Source of the DNA: Candidatus Microgenomates bacterium
Lineage (GTDB): Bacteria; Patescibacteriota; Microgenomatia; UBA8517; JACQJR01
Assembly: GCA_016204995.1 (NCBI GenBank)
Contig: JACQJR010000002.1
Coordinates: 96,551 to 160,550, forward strand
Length of the DNA: 64,000 bases
Direction: 5' to 3'
Made by a program: the position numbers and the translations under genes. Position 1 is the stretch's first letter, and every line of letters begins with the position of its first letter. Below the pieces are notes generated by a model. That model made no database searches. It worked only from the letters and a program-made list of their open reading frames with translations, and had not been told where the DNA came from. Shown piece by piece: positions 19,448 through 29,126 of this stretch.

Positions 19448-21532
19448 CTAGGACGGAAGTTGCGGTTTTTTCCAGGAAGCGAACTTACAATTTGGATAGC
19501 GGGAACAGCCGAAAAATTTACGGTGTTTTTTAGTTAGTCTGACAATCACCTCACCCTTCTTACATTCCGGACAAGTCATACCAGCCTTTTCCACATATTG
19601 AGCTTTCCATTTACAATCTGGAAAACGGGAACAGGACAAAAATTTACCGAACCGGCCAATTCTAATCACCTGTTTCCCTATTTTACATTCGGGGCACATC
19701 TCACCGGTTTCCTGATTTTCAATCTTCACCCTTGCCGCTTTTTCCGATAATGCCAATTTTTTCTCAAACGGCTGCCAAAATTCGCGGATGACAGGCACCC
19801 ACTTTTCCTTACCATTAGCAATTTGATCTAAATTATCTTCCATCTTGGCTGTAAATTGATAATCAAAAACCTCGGGGAAATTTTTCAACAAGAAATCATT
19901 GGTCGCTATTCCCAAAGAGGTAGGTTTAAATTTACCCTCTACCTTTTCCACATATTGCCGGGTACTGATAGTAGAGATTGTAGGGGCGTAAGTAGAAGGC
20001 CTACCAATTCCTAATTTTTCCAGAGTTTTAATTAAAGAGGCCTCATTGTAGCGAGCCGGCGGCTCGGTAAATTTCTGCTGCGGTTCTATTTTAATTAATT
20101 GAAGCTGCTCGTTTTCTGCCACGTCAGGCAATTGTGGTTCTTCTTTTTCCATTCTGCCATAAACTTTTTTCCAACCATCAAACTTTCTCACTTGGCCTTT
20201 TGCTTGCAGTAAATAGATCTTAGATTTTAGAGCTTGGATATTAGATTGAGCGTTGACATTGATTGTCGTTTCGTCATAAATGGCATTATTCATTTGACAC
20301 GCCACAAATCGTTTCCAAATTAACTCATATAATTTTTCTCCATCATTTCCCAATTTGGCATTGGACATTGGTAATTGGCCATTGGAAATTCCAACTTCAG
20401 TTGGACGTATCGCTTCATGTGCCTCTTGAGCAACTTTACTGGTAACTTTATAAAAACGGAATTTTTCCGGCACATATTCCTTACCATATTTACTGGTGAT
20501 AAAATCACGGACTTTTTGCACTGCTTCCGGAGCCAGATGCGTAGAATCTGACCGGTGATAAGTAATTAAACCCTCTTCATATAATTTTTGAGCGATAGAC
20601 ATCGTTCGTTTGGCACTCCAAGAAAATAAACGGGCAGCGGCTTGGGTCATGGTAGAAGTAGTAAAAGGCGGGTAAGGATTTTTATGCACTTCCTTTTTCT
20701 CCACCGATTTAACTTGATAACTAGCTTTCTCTAAATCAGTTACTGCGACATCCGCCTGCTCTTTATTCTTAATCTCCGCTCTCTTATCATCAATTTGTAT
20801 TAGCTTAACCAAAAAGTCCGTCGCGGGTGACACGGGGAGGGGGTCCCCCAAGAAGGGGTCCCCTTGTGGGTTTTTTTGGGGGAAAACCCGGGGCAGGACC
20901 CGCAAGGACGATACTTCCGCTAAGATCTCCCAATATTCCTCCGGTTTAAAAGCCTCTATTTCCCGCTCCCGATCCACAATTAAGCGGACTGTTACGGATT
21001 GCACCCGACCGGCTGATAGACCCACTCTCACTTTTTTCCACAAAAGTGGTGATAATTTATAACCAACAATTCTATCCAGCACCCGCCGCGCTTGTTGAGC
21101 ATCTACCAAATCCATGTCCAAAGAACGCGGATGAGCAATGGCATTTTTAACTGCGCTTTCCGTAATCTCGTGGAATACAATTCTGTTCATTGGCTTATTG
21201 GTATTATTGGTATTTATTTCGCCAGAAACAAACTTGTTTATTTGTAGTATTTCGCCTACATGGTAGGCGATAGCTTCTCCTTCCCGATCAGGATCAGTCG
21301 CTAAATAAACATTTTTAGCCTTGGTTTTTAATTTTTTAATTTCATCTACGTTGGGTTTCTTACTAGGCATGGCTACATATTCCGGCTGAAAATCATGTTC
21401 CAAATCCACTCCAAATTTACTTTTAGGCAAATCCTCTACGTGACCGGCCGTTGCCCGGATAGCAAAATCGTCACCCAAAAAACGAGTCAAGGTACGAGCT
21501 TTGGTGGGCGATTCAACAATAATTAAGTCCAT
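19448..21532 (-). CDS. topA: DNA topoisomerase I with C-terminal zinc ribbons
   Basis: Toprim N-terminus (MDLIIVESPTKA), active-site region, C-terminal C4 zinc ribbons (CPECK..C). Carries a GC-rich in-frame insert at ~20818-20911. Confidence 0.9.
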   Translation of the reverse strand: MDLIIVESPTKARTLTRFLGDDFAIRATAGHVEDLPKSKFGVDLEHDFQPEYVAMPSKKPNVDEIKKLKTKAKNVYLATDPDREGEAIAYHVGEILQINKFVSGEINTNNTNKPMNRIVFHEITESAVKNAIAHPRSLDMDLVDAQQARRVLDRIVGYKLSPLLWKKVRVGLSAGRVQSVTVRLIVDREREIEAFKPEEYWEILAEVSSLRVLPRVFPQKNPQGDPFLGDPLPVSPATDFLVKLIQIDDKRAEIKNKEQADVAVTDLEKASYQVKSVEKKEVHKNPYPPFTTSTMTQAAARLFSWSAKRTMSIAQKLYEEGLITYHRSDSTHLAPEAVQKVRDFITSKYGKEYVPEKFRFYKVTSKVAQEAHEAIRPTEVGISNGQLPMSNAKLGNDGEKLYELIWKRFVACQMNNAIYDETTINVNAQSNIQALKSKIYLLQAKGQVRKFDGWKKVYGRMEKEEPQLPDVAENEQLQLIKIEPQQKFTEPPARYNEASLIKTLEKLGIGRPSTYAPTISTISTRQYVEKVEGKFKPTSLGIATNDFLLKNFPEVFDYQFTAKMEDNLDQIANGKEKWVPVIREFWQPFEKKLALSEKAARVKIENQETGEMCPECKIGKQVIRIGRFGKFLSCSRFPDCKWKAQYVEKAGMTCPECKKGEVIVRLTKKHRKFFGCSRYPNCKFASWKKPQLPS
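20818..20911. repeat. GC-rich low-complexity multi-palindromic in-frame insert in topA
   Basis: GGGGTCCCC x2, CCCC-aagaa-GGGG, TTTTTTTGGGGGAAAACCCGGGG. Roughly 70% GC versus a ~38% background. Encodes PRVFPQKNPQGDPFLGDPLPVSPATD and keeps the frame. Confidence 0.5.
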
Positions 21533-21537
21533 GATAA

Positions 21538-22359
21538 TTAATGGGGCGAAAGCAAAACGGAAACGCGCTCGTATCCTTCACTAGCTAAAATATTTAATAG
21601 TCTCCAGACATCGGCGGCTTGATGATGCTGTAAAAGTTTTTGACAAACCGTAATGCACATCATTGCTTCTCCGTAACTCATATTAGTAAATTCACGTTGC
21701 GGCACTCCCTGCAATTTGGCTATATCATTATAAAGCGCCGCCATCGCCTCTACAAACGGCTCAAATTTAATCCCTTTGGGCAAACAGTAAGCGCTAAAGG
21801 AATCTATGGCCGGATGGTTTTTACTCCTGATCACATCAGCAATATTTTCCAGCGTCACTATATCCAAACCCTCCCAGGATGGAATTTTTTCTTTTTTCAT
21901 CAAGGGGCTGATTTTATCCTTATTAAAAGTTAATAGAGGGCGCAGTGCTTGAGATATTTCATGATTTTCTCCCAATTCCTCAATAACCATCTTTTTGGAT
22001 TTCTCCCGACCTCCATTTTCCAAGCCGCCATTAAAGGGGGTTTTGGATAGCGCTGCCAGTTGCGCCAAGACTTCCTTTGAAGAATATACTCTGATTTTTA
22101 AATTGGTCATTCTTCCTTCTATCATTGCTCCCGTATTCAACCAACTTCTGGTTCTCTTCACCAATCTCTCTACGACATCTGGTCCTTCGTCTTGAAAAAT
22201 TGTTGCCGTGATAATCATTACCTCGGCAAATTGAAACTCATTTTGACCGGGAAATTGAGAAGTAATTACTTCATTACAATAATCTATAACTTGCAGTAGA
22301 TTATAACCGTCCCAATTTTCAGCAAGATTGGTTCTAGCCAGTGTTAAAGCTTCTACCAT
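21538..22359 (-). CDS. hypothetical protein
   Basis: 273-aa ORF packed between dprA and topA on the same strand with 5-nt and 3-nt spacers. No domain recognised. Confidence 0.4.
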   Translation of the reverse strand: MVEALTLARTNLAENWDGYNLLQVIDYCNEVITSQFPGQNEFQFAEVMIITATIFQDEGPDVVERLVKRTRSWLNTGAMIEGRMTNLKIRVYSSKEVLAQLAALSKTPFNGGLENGGREKSKKMVIEELGENHEISQALRPLLTFNKDKISPLMKKEKIPSWEGLDIVTLENIADVIRSKNHPAIDSFSAYCLPKGIKFEPFVEAMAALYNDIAKLQGVPQREFTNMSYGEAMMCITVCQKLLQHHQAADVWRLLNILASEGYERVSVLLSPH

Positions 22360-22362
22360 TTT

Positions 22363-22851
22363 TTACTTCTCCCTTTTGTCTATTTTTATCTTTTCTTTCC
22401 GGTTGACTATTTGATGAACAAAATCATAGTAATCTTCTTGTAAAGCCATTCTGGTTTCAGTCAAGTTTAACTGTCTGCCTTTTTTATCACTATACTTCCC
22501 CATACACTCCATAGCCAAAGTTAGGCGGCGGCGAAATTCGCCAAAAGTACAAGCTCCATATAAATCTATGTTAAAAGGAAAAGGGTTACCTTTTTTTCTA
22601 GCCTCAAAGTTACCCGTCCACTCATGGATTAGCATAACTTCTTCCACCAAACCATTAGGTGTGTTAATACCATAATTATCTAATTGTTGAGTATTAAATT
22701 CCGTCATCATGGTGAAAATCTTATTAAAGCGAATCATACTGTCCAGCGAACTAGCATAGCTGGCTAAATCGCCATGGATAATATTGGAAGCAACCCCCAC
22801 CCCTTCTTTCTCTTTATATTTTCTCGGCCTTTCAGTTATAGTAACCGGCAT
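22363..22851 (-). CDS. hypothetical protein
   Basis: About 160-aa ORF (start probably the Met at 22851, which avoids overlap with dprA). No domain recognised. Confidence 0.4.
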   Translation of the reverse strand: MPVTITERPRKYKEKEGVGVASNIIHGDLASYASSLDSMIRFNKIFTMMTEFNTQQLDNYGINTPNGLVEEVMLIHEWTGNFEARKKGNPFPFNIDLYGACTFGEFRRRLTLAMECMGKYSDKKGRQLNLTETRMALQEDYYDFVHQIVNRKEKIKIDKREK

Positions 22852-22864
22852 ATAGTAAATATTA

Positions 22865-23953
22865 CTATAGCATTTCAATTAATTGATAGATGTTGCCGCC
22901 GATATTTTTAACTATCCCTTTTAATTCCATCGTCGTTAAAGTGGATAACACTAAACCGTTTGCCATCTCTACATTACGCAAAATTTCATCAATATGCAAT
23001 GGCTCATTTTCCAAGAGATTAATTAATAGTTTTTCTTCTTCTGTTTCCAGGAGAATCTTTCTATTGGCAATATTGCGCGTCCTTTGTCCAACTTTTAATT
23101 CTTCCAAAATATCTTGAGCTTTGCTGACTAATTTTGCTCCATTTTTCAATAAAATATGGGGGGCGGCAGAATTAATAGAGGTAATCGGCCCGGGTACGGC
23201 AAATACATCTCTACCCTGGGCAGCGGCATGAGCGGCTGTGAGCAATGTCCCTGATTTCTCTGTTCCTTCAATTACTAATACTCCTAACGACATACCAGAA
23301 ATAATTCGGTTGCGATAAGGAAAATTAGCTGGTAACGCCGGATATCCTAATGGATATTCGGAGATAATCGCTCCTGATTTAATAATATTATCTGCTAATT
23401 TTTTATGAATAGGCGGATAAACTTGATCCAATCCTGTCCCCACCACGGCTAAAGTTCTCCCTCTTACATCTAAAGCCGCTTGATGAGCTACTCCGTCCAC
23501 TCCCAAAGCGAGTCCTGAAATAATGGTGACGCCACTTGCCGCCAGTTCTGAAGATAATTTATAGGCTGCTTCTCTGCCGTAATTAGTAATTTTTCTGGAA
23601 CCCACTACGGCGATACAAACTTCATCTTCTTGTTTGAATTCTCCTTTAATATAGAGAGCCATTGGCGCATCATCAATTTGGCTAAGTCTGGCAGGATATA
23701 ATTTATCGTTAATTGTTAAGACCTCAATTTTCTGCTGTTTCAATTGATTGAAATATTGCTCATTATTAAATTTATTTCTAAATTCGTCAAAAGAGGCGAC
23801 ATATTTTTCTTTTAAACCAAGCTCTAAAAGTTTTACCCGCGGAGCCTGCCAAACTTTACTGGCTTTACCAAAGTATTCCAACAGTAATTTAATTCTCGCC
23901 GGACCGAAGGTAATAAAAGCAGCCAGAGCAACTAAATATTGTTTTTCCGTCAT
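22865..23953 (-). CDS. dprA: DNA processing protein DprA/Smf
   Basis: Rossmann-like DprA core (AVVGSRKITNYGRE..GLALGVDGVAHQAAL) plus a C-terminal winged helix. Confidence 0.85.
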   Translation of the reverse strand: MTEKQYLVALAAFITFGPARIKLLLEYFGKASKVWQAPRVKLLELGLKEKYVASFDEFRNKFNNEQYFNQLKQQKIEVLTINDKLYPARLSQIDDAPMALYIKGEFKQEDEVCIAVVGSRKITNYGREAAYKLSSELAASGVTIISGLALGVDGVAHQAALDVRGRTLAVVGTGLDQVYPPIHKKLADNIIKSGAIISEYPLGYPALPANFPYRNRIISGMSLGVLVIEGTEKSGTLLTAAHAAAQGRDVFAVPGPITSINSAAPHILLKNGAKLVSKAQDILEELKVGQRTRNIANRKILLETEEEKLLINLLENEPLHIDEILRNVEMANGLVLSTLTTMELKGIVKNIGGNIYQLIEML

Positions 23954-23977
23954 TAATTTAATATACTCTAGCCCATA

Positions 23978-24382
23978 ATGGAAAGGAAAGGTGAATTCAA
24001 AGCTTGCCCTTATTGGCCCTGGTTCACTGAAAGACTAGACGGACTAGTTATGGCTTATTGTTCTAGCGAAGAATTAAGAAGACAAGAACGATATGACCAA
24101 TGCTGGGAAGGCCCGCCAAGAAGTAAAAGATGTCTATTTAAATATAATAAATTTCAGGCAGAAGAAATACCAGGCATTATTATTTGCAACATCGCCACCA
24201 GACAACATACAGATGAATTATTCCCCATCTATCCTGCATATATAAGTAGAGAGGTGTGGGGAAAATTAATTGATGAATTTCACGAATCTCCGCTAACAGA
24301 TCTGAATGAAATTGCTCTTAAAATAAAAGGTCGCTATTTAGAACTTCTCTATCCTAAAAAGACTCTTGACCTGGATAAATAA
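23978..24382 (+). CDS. hypothetical Cys-containing protein
   Basis: 134-aa ORF with 5 Cys and W-rich motifs. Divergent from dprA. No domain recognised. Confidence 0.35.
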   Translation: MERKGEFKACPYWPWFTERLDGLVMAYCSSEELRRQERYDQCWEGPPRSKRCLFKYNKFQAEEIPGIIICNIATRQHTDELFPIYPAYISREVWGKLIDEFHESPLTDLNEIALKIKGRYLELLYPKKTLDLDK

Positions 24383-24439
24383 GAAAATCTTGGCTTAAGA
24401 AAGTTCGGGGTTGACACCTCTATATAACTTCCTATAAAG

Positions 24440-24883
24440 TTGATTATGGAGCACCTCAACGGCCACCAAGAACACCCCCATTTTATTAATACTTTTAGAG
24501 AAATAAAAAGCATATTAACCGAGCTTTTGCCTAATGATAAAAAATCTTTTGGTAAAGTAGTTTTAAAAAGACAAATAGGTTTAACTATTTACGAAAAGGA
24601 GCTGCCGGAAGAAGTAGGTGTCGCAGCTACCAAGCTAAACCAAGACTTATTTCTTCTTCGCCTGACCGAGGCGCATCAAGGCGTTGCTACACCTATAAAT
24701 TTAATTTTATTTTATGTCACCCCAGATAATTTATTAACCGCTACCTATCTGGATCGGGAAGATAAATATCCACCAAAAAATATATTTAATGATTTTCCCA
24801 ACGCAATTTTTACTTTACAAATCCTTAGGGTTATCCAGCAAAAACAGATCAATTCGCAAAGTACGATTCTAATACCTGTTTAG
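24440..24883 (+). CDS. hypothetical protein
   Basis: 147-aa ORF. No domain recognised. Confidence 0.35.
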   Translation: MIMEHLNGHQEHPHFINTFREIKSILTELLPNDKKSFGKVVLKRQIGLTIYEKELPEEVGVAATKLNQDLFLLRLTEAHQGVATPINLILFYVTPDNLLTATYLDREDKYPPKNIFNDFPNAIFTLQILRVIQQKQINSQSTILIPV

Positions 24884-26474
24884 TTATCGGCGCGGCCACC
24901 GACGATCCCTCACCGCCTCCTTCCACAATAGAGGTGACTACAATTTCTGGATTTTCTGCTGGCGCGAATGATGTAAACCAAGCGTGAGCTTTCTTTTTAT
25001 CATCCCCGAATTCAGCCGTTCCGGTTTTGCAAGCCACCGGCACTTTGAAATTAAAAAATACTCCTGCAGTTCCCCCGGGACTGCAAGCCCCGATCATCCC
25101 CTGTCTAATAACCTCAATCGTCTTCTGTTTTAATCCAATATCCTCACATTGGAAATTGGAAAGAAGCGAAGCTTGGCCTTTCAGGCTTGGAAATTGGAAA
25201 TTCTGCAAATCATCTTGCTTCATTATATGAGGAATGCACTTTTTACCACCTGATGCTATTATCCCAGTCATTACTGCTATCTGTAAGGGAGTCGCGGCAA
25301 CATCTCCTTGCCCAATTGCCATATGATAAGTATTACCCAAAAACCAACGTTCGCCCCGATTTCTTTCTTTCCAATCCGGGGTGGGAATTATACCGGCGGT
25401 TTCTCCAGTAAGTTCAACATTAGTTTTGGCTCCTAGCCCAAATTTTTTGGCCCACTCGGCTAACTTTTCCACCCCCACCCATTCACCCACCTTATAAAAG
25501 AAAGTATCTGTGGAACGGGTAATGGCGCTGACTATGCCAATTTCTCCTTCGGTCCGGCCGTATTTAGTAAAATACCAGTTATTATATTTAAAAGTCCCCA
25601 CCTGAATAAAACCGTTATCGGTAAATTTAGTAGTTTCATCTACTTTACCTTCTTCCAATCCTGCTGCCGACACTACTATTTTAAAAGTAGAACCAGGCGG
25701 GTAACTTCCACCAATGGCCCGATTAAATAACGGCTGATCGGGGTTAGCAATTAAACTGGCATAATTTGTGGCAAAATTATTGGGGTCAAACGATGGATAA
25801 GAGACTAAAGCTAATATTTCACCAGTGCCAGGATTTAATGCCACTACCGCTCCCTTTCGTTCTCCTAGAGCCGCTGCCGCTGCCTGTTGTAAGAACAAAT
25901 CAATTGATAATTTAACATCTTGTCCTTTTTGGGCCTCGCGCCGGCCCAACACCCGTACTTTGTTGCCTCGGCTATCTACTTCAACCAGCTCTTCTCCATT
26001 TTTACCCCGCAATAAACAATCAAAGGCGCTTTCTGCTCCTATTCTGCCAATTTCATCACCGATTTGATAAACGCTATTCGGGCATTCCGATTGGCCTAAT
26101 TCTTCACGAGTTGCTTCCCCGACATAACCAACTAAATGTGCTGCAACTGTTGCGACCGGATAAGTCCTATCCCAAACCAAAATAGCTACATCATTCTCCG
26201 AATCTTTAATTTCTTGGCCATCTATTAATGAAGCTGCTTTACCCGCTTCAAAATGTAAAATTTTTTTTGTCTGGCTATTTTGAGCCAATGGCATTCCATT
26301 ACGATCCAAAATTAAACCCCTTGGAGCGTGAATAGGAATAGCCCTAATTCTATTATTACGAGCTAAAGTTTGATAATAACCACCCCTGATTAAAGAAACA
26401 TCAATTAAACGAGCCGCCAGCACTAAAAAAATAATTAACGTGGCAATGGTCAACAAGCTTTTTCTCCACTCCAT
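24849..26474 (-). CDS. penicillin-binding protein 2/FtsI-type transpeptidase
   Basis: N-terminal TM anchor, SxxK (STFK), SxN, KTGTA motifs. Confidence 0.85.
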   Translation of the reverse strand: MEWRKSLLTIATLIIFLVLAARLIDVSLIRGGYYQTLARNNRIRAIPIHAPRGLILDRNGMPLAQNSQTKKILHFEAGKAASLIDGQEIKDSENDVAILVWDRTYPVATVAAHLVGYVGEATREELGQSECPNSVYQIGDEIGRIGAESAFDCLLRGKNGEELVEVDSRGNKVRVLGRREAQKGQDVKLSIDLFLQQAAAAALGERKGAVVALNPGTGEILALVSYPSFDPNNFATNYASLIANPDQPLFNRAIGGSYPPGSTFKIVVSAAGLEEGKVDETTKFTDNGFIQVGTFKYNNWYFTKYGRTEGEIGIVSAITRSTDTFFYKVGEWVGVEKLAEWAKKFGLGAKTNVELTGETAGIIPTPDWKERNRGERWFLGNTYHMAIGQGDVAATPLQIAVMTGIIASGGKKCIPHIMKQDDLQNFQFPSLKGQASLLSNFQCEDIGLKQKTIEVIRQGMIGACSPGGTAGVFFNFKVPVACKTGTAEFGDDKKKAHAWFTSFAPAENPEIVVTSIVEGGGEGSSVAAPITKQVLESYFAN

Positions 26475-26509
26475 GGCTTAATTGTACATGACTCTACAAC
26501 TACTACTTC

Positions 26510-26632
26510 CGCCGATACTTACTTTTCGCCTTAGTAAATTCTTACTGCGGCTCAAGGAGCGTTATCATGGCGGGTGCGGGGCAACTATGAAACTAGTTGC
26601 CCCTTGACGACATTTTGGCTTTAGTCTATAAC
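26510..26632 (+). promoter_or_regulatory. Element X copy 1: structured leader repeat ending in a sigma70-like promoter (TTGACG-N17-TATAAC) upstream of pyrG
   Basis: Hairpin AGTAA-attc-TTACT, conserved GCGGCTCAAGGAG..ATGGCGGGT, hairpin GGGGCAACT..AGTTGCCCC, then -35 at 26604 and -10 at 26627. Near-identical inverted copy at 55595-55722. Confidence 0.5.
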
Positions 26633-26647
26633 AGATGAGGGCTTCAC

Positions 26648-28279
26648 ATGAAGTTCATTTTTGTAACTGGAGGAGTAATTTCTGGTATCGGCAAGGGCAT
26701 CGCCACTGCCACTCTTTCCCTTCTCTTAAAATCGCGGGGCTTAAAAGTTTCTCCTATTAAATTTGATCCATACTTAAATGTGGATGCCGGCACCATGAAC
26801 CCTACCGTCCATGGCGAAGTTTTCGTATTGGACGATGGCACGGAATGCGATCAAGATTTAGGACACTATGAAAGATTTTTAAATGAGTCATTAAGCAAAC
26901 AAAATTACGCCACCAACGGCCAGATTTATTTATCAGTCATTGAAAAAGAACGCGCTTTTGAATTTGAAGGAAAGTGCGTGGAAATTGTCCCTCATGTGCC
27001 GGAAGAAATTATTAGGAGAATCTTTGCGGCAGGTCGTTCCCGTAATGCCGATGTGGTGCTATGCGAAATTGGCGGCACAGTTGGTGAATATCAAAATGCC
27101 CTCTTTTTAGAAGCTAATCGGATGCTGAAACTAAAATATCCCAATGATGTCATCCACACCCATGTAACTTATTTACCAATTCCCGCCTCTATCGGCGAGA
27201 TGAAATCCAAACCGGCCCAACTGTCAGTCCGCTTGTTAAACAGTGTCGGCATCCAGCCGGATTTTATTTTGGCCAGGAGCGAGAAACCAATTGATCAAGT
27301 CCGTAAAGAAAAGTTGGCCATCGCCACCGGGGTAGTGCCGGAAAATATTATTTCAGCCCCCGATGTAGATTCAATTTATAAAGTACCGCTTAATTTTGAC
27401 AAAGAGGGACTCACCGACAAAATTTTAAAAAATCTTAAAATCCGGGCTCCTAAAAAGGATTTAGTAGAATGGCGGTCGTGGGTAGAAAAATCAACACAGG
27501 CCGTCCAAAAGGTTAAAATTGGCATTGTCGGCAAATATTTTGCAACCGGCGATTTCGTTTTAGCTGATTCTTACGTTTCAGTCATTGAAGCTATTAAACA
27601 CGCTGCAGGATTTTTAGGCGTCTCACCGCAGATTACCTGGATTGATTCGGCCGATATCACTAAAAATGGCACTGAAACTTTATCGGGCTTTGACGGTATT
27701 ATTGTCCCTGGAGGTTTTGGGGCGCGCGATATTGAAGGTAAAATTGGCACCATCAAATTTTGCCGGGAAAAGAAGGTGCCGTATTTAGGCTTATGTTTTG
27801 GCATGCAGCTGGCTTGCATAGAATATGCCCGGCATGTTTTGAAATTGACTGGCGCGAGTTCTACCGAGATTAATCCCAAAACAGTTTATCCTATTATTCA
27901 CATCATGCCGGATCAAAAGAAAAAATTACTGGCTCGGGAATATGGTGGAACAATGAGGCTGGGCAGTTGGCCTTGCAAAGTTAAAGCCGGAACGGCGACT
28001 TGGAATGCCTATAAAGATGCTAAATATAAACTGCCACTGATTAACGAACGCCACCGTCACCGCTATGAATTTAATAATGAATTTTTAGAAAAATTTCTCA
28101 CTAATGGTTTGACTGTTTCTGGAACCACGCCAGATGGAAAACTGGTAGAAATTATTGAACTAAAAAATCATCCCTTTTTCGTCGGCACTCAATTCCATCC
28201 CGAGCTGCGCTCCCGCCCCTTGGCTCCCCATCCCTTATTTACTTCCTTTATCCAAACCGCCAACAATTTACAAAAATAA
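26648..28279 (+). CDS. pyrG: CTP synthase
   Basis: N-terminal synthetase domain (GGVISGIGKGI) and C-terminal class I glutamine amidotransferase domain (GLCFGMQ, HPE). Confidence 0.9.
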   Translation: MKFIFVTGGVISGIGKGIATATLSLLLKSRGLKVSPIKFDPYLNVDAGTMNPTVHGEVFVLDDGTECDQDLGHYERFLNESLSKQNYATNGQIYLSVIEKERAFEFEGKCVEIVPHVPEEIIRRIFAAGRSRNADVVLCEIGGTVGEYQNALFLEANRMLKLKYPNDVIHTHVTYLPIPASIGEMKSKPAQLSVRLLNSVGIQPDFILARSEKPIDQVRKEKLAIATGVVPENIISAPDVDSIYKVPLNFDKEGLTDKILKNLKIRAPKKDLVEWRSWVEKSTQAVQKVKIGIVGKYFATGDFVLADSYVSVIEAIKHAAGFLGVSPQITWIDSADITKNGTETLSGFDGIIVPGGFGARDIEGKIGTIKFCREKKVPYLGLCFGMQLACIEYARHVLKLTGASSTEINPKTVYPIIHIMPDQKKKLLAREYGGTMRLGSWPCKVKAGTATWNAYKDAKYKLPLINERHRHRYEFNNEFLEKFLTNGLTVSGTTPDGKLVEIIELKNHPFFVGTQFHPELRSRPLAPHPLFTSFIQTANNLQK

Positions 28280-28340
28280 CCCTGTTTAATTGCTTAATAA
28301 ACTCAATTTTGCTATAATTACTCCGTTCATTTAAAAAATC

Positions 28341-29126
28341 ATGAGCGCAGAAGAAGAGACTGATCGTCAACAAGCCCAGGAACGACAGCTAACAGAAGTT
28401 TCTGCTTTACTGGAAGAAGCTGCCCGCCGCGGCGACTGGCTACCAATCTTTAAACCCTCCCCAGAAGAAGAAATTGATTACTCTGGCAAAGAAACGATTC
28501 TCACTGGTGCAACAAACATTCTGGAACCCCTCACTATCACCATAATCCATCAATATTCCGAAATGTCCAGGAATCATAGTGATCAAGTTTTACTTAAAAA
28601 TGGGGGCACTATCCAATTTGTACTACCTGCCGCAGAACCTCACTTTATAACTCTAGCACGCATGGATGGTAAAATAACAAAGCATAGTGCTATTTTACTT
28701 GGCGCCAGATTCATTACAGTACCTAATAATGTTCATTCTCTAAATTATGCTAAAGATGGGTTTATACCAAGCAGGTACCGAAGAACAGAAAGTTTTTCTC
28801 TTTGGAGGTCTTATACTATTAATTATGGCGAACCGACTGGTGCAGTAAATAGCATAGAGCTACAATTTGATCACTCCAACCGAATTATTAGAATTTTAGA
28901 TTATAAAACTAGCGTAAACATACAATTTGATTGGCAAAATAGAAATTTATCTTTAGATGATTCTAGTTTATTTTTAAGTAATGATGGCCTATTTAGAAAT
29001 AGGCTTGGAGAAATCCATTCTGTAGATTTGGGGCAAACACTTTTAACAATAATTAAAAAACTTCCCCTTGAACATTTTGTCAAAACTCCAGATGGAAAAT
29101 TTGAGCAATTAAATCCTAAACAGTAA
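28341..29126 (+). CDS. hypothetical protein
   Basis: 261-aa ORF downstream of pyrG. No domain recognised. Confidence 0.4.
   Translation: MSAEEETDRQQAQERQLTEVSALLEEAARRGDWLPIFKPSPEEEIDYSGKETILTGATNILEPLTITIIHQYSEMSRNHSDQVLLKNGGTIQFVLPAAEPHFITLARMDGKITKHSAILLGARFITVPNNVHSLNYAKDGFIPSRYRRTESFSLWRSYTINYGEPTGAVNSIELQFDHSNRIIRILDYKTSVNIQFDWQNRNLSLDDSSLFLSNDGLFRNRLGEIHSVDLGQTLLTIIKKLPLEHFVKTPDGKFEQLNPKQ

Noticed and set aside
20818-20911. Treating the topA GC-rich block as a frameshifting insertion or pseudogenisation
   Set aside because: The reading frame is preserved and TopA motifs continue normally on both sides. The gene is called intact, with the block flagged as an anomaly or possible artefact.
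26578-26601. Micro-ORF MAGAGQL inside Element X as a real leader peptide
   Set aside because: Only the SD + ATG GCG GGT part is conserved between copies and the downstream codons differ completely (copy 3 runs on for 56 codons). Kept as a speculative regulatory feature, not called as a CDS.
551-28000. Numerous 60-130-aa antisense or out-of-frame ORFs inside well-supported genes (e.g. 551..766, 1480..1728, 2040..2243, 2438..2830, 4412..4675, 5421..5678, 8367..8555, 11487..11742, 15152..15532, 17273..17543, 18720..19374, 20263..20508, 21640..22195, 25027..26067, 27571..27879)
   Set aside because: Each is fully contained in a longer ORF with clear family signatures on the other strand or frame. 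No SD or domain evidence.
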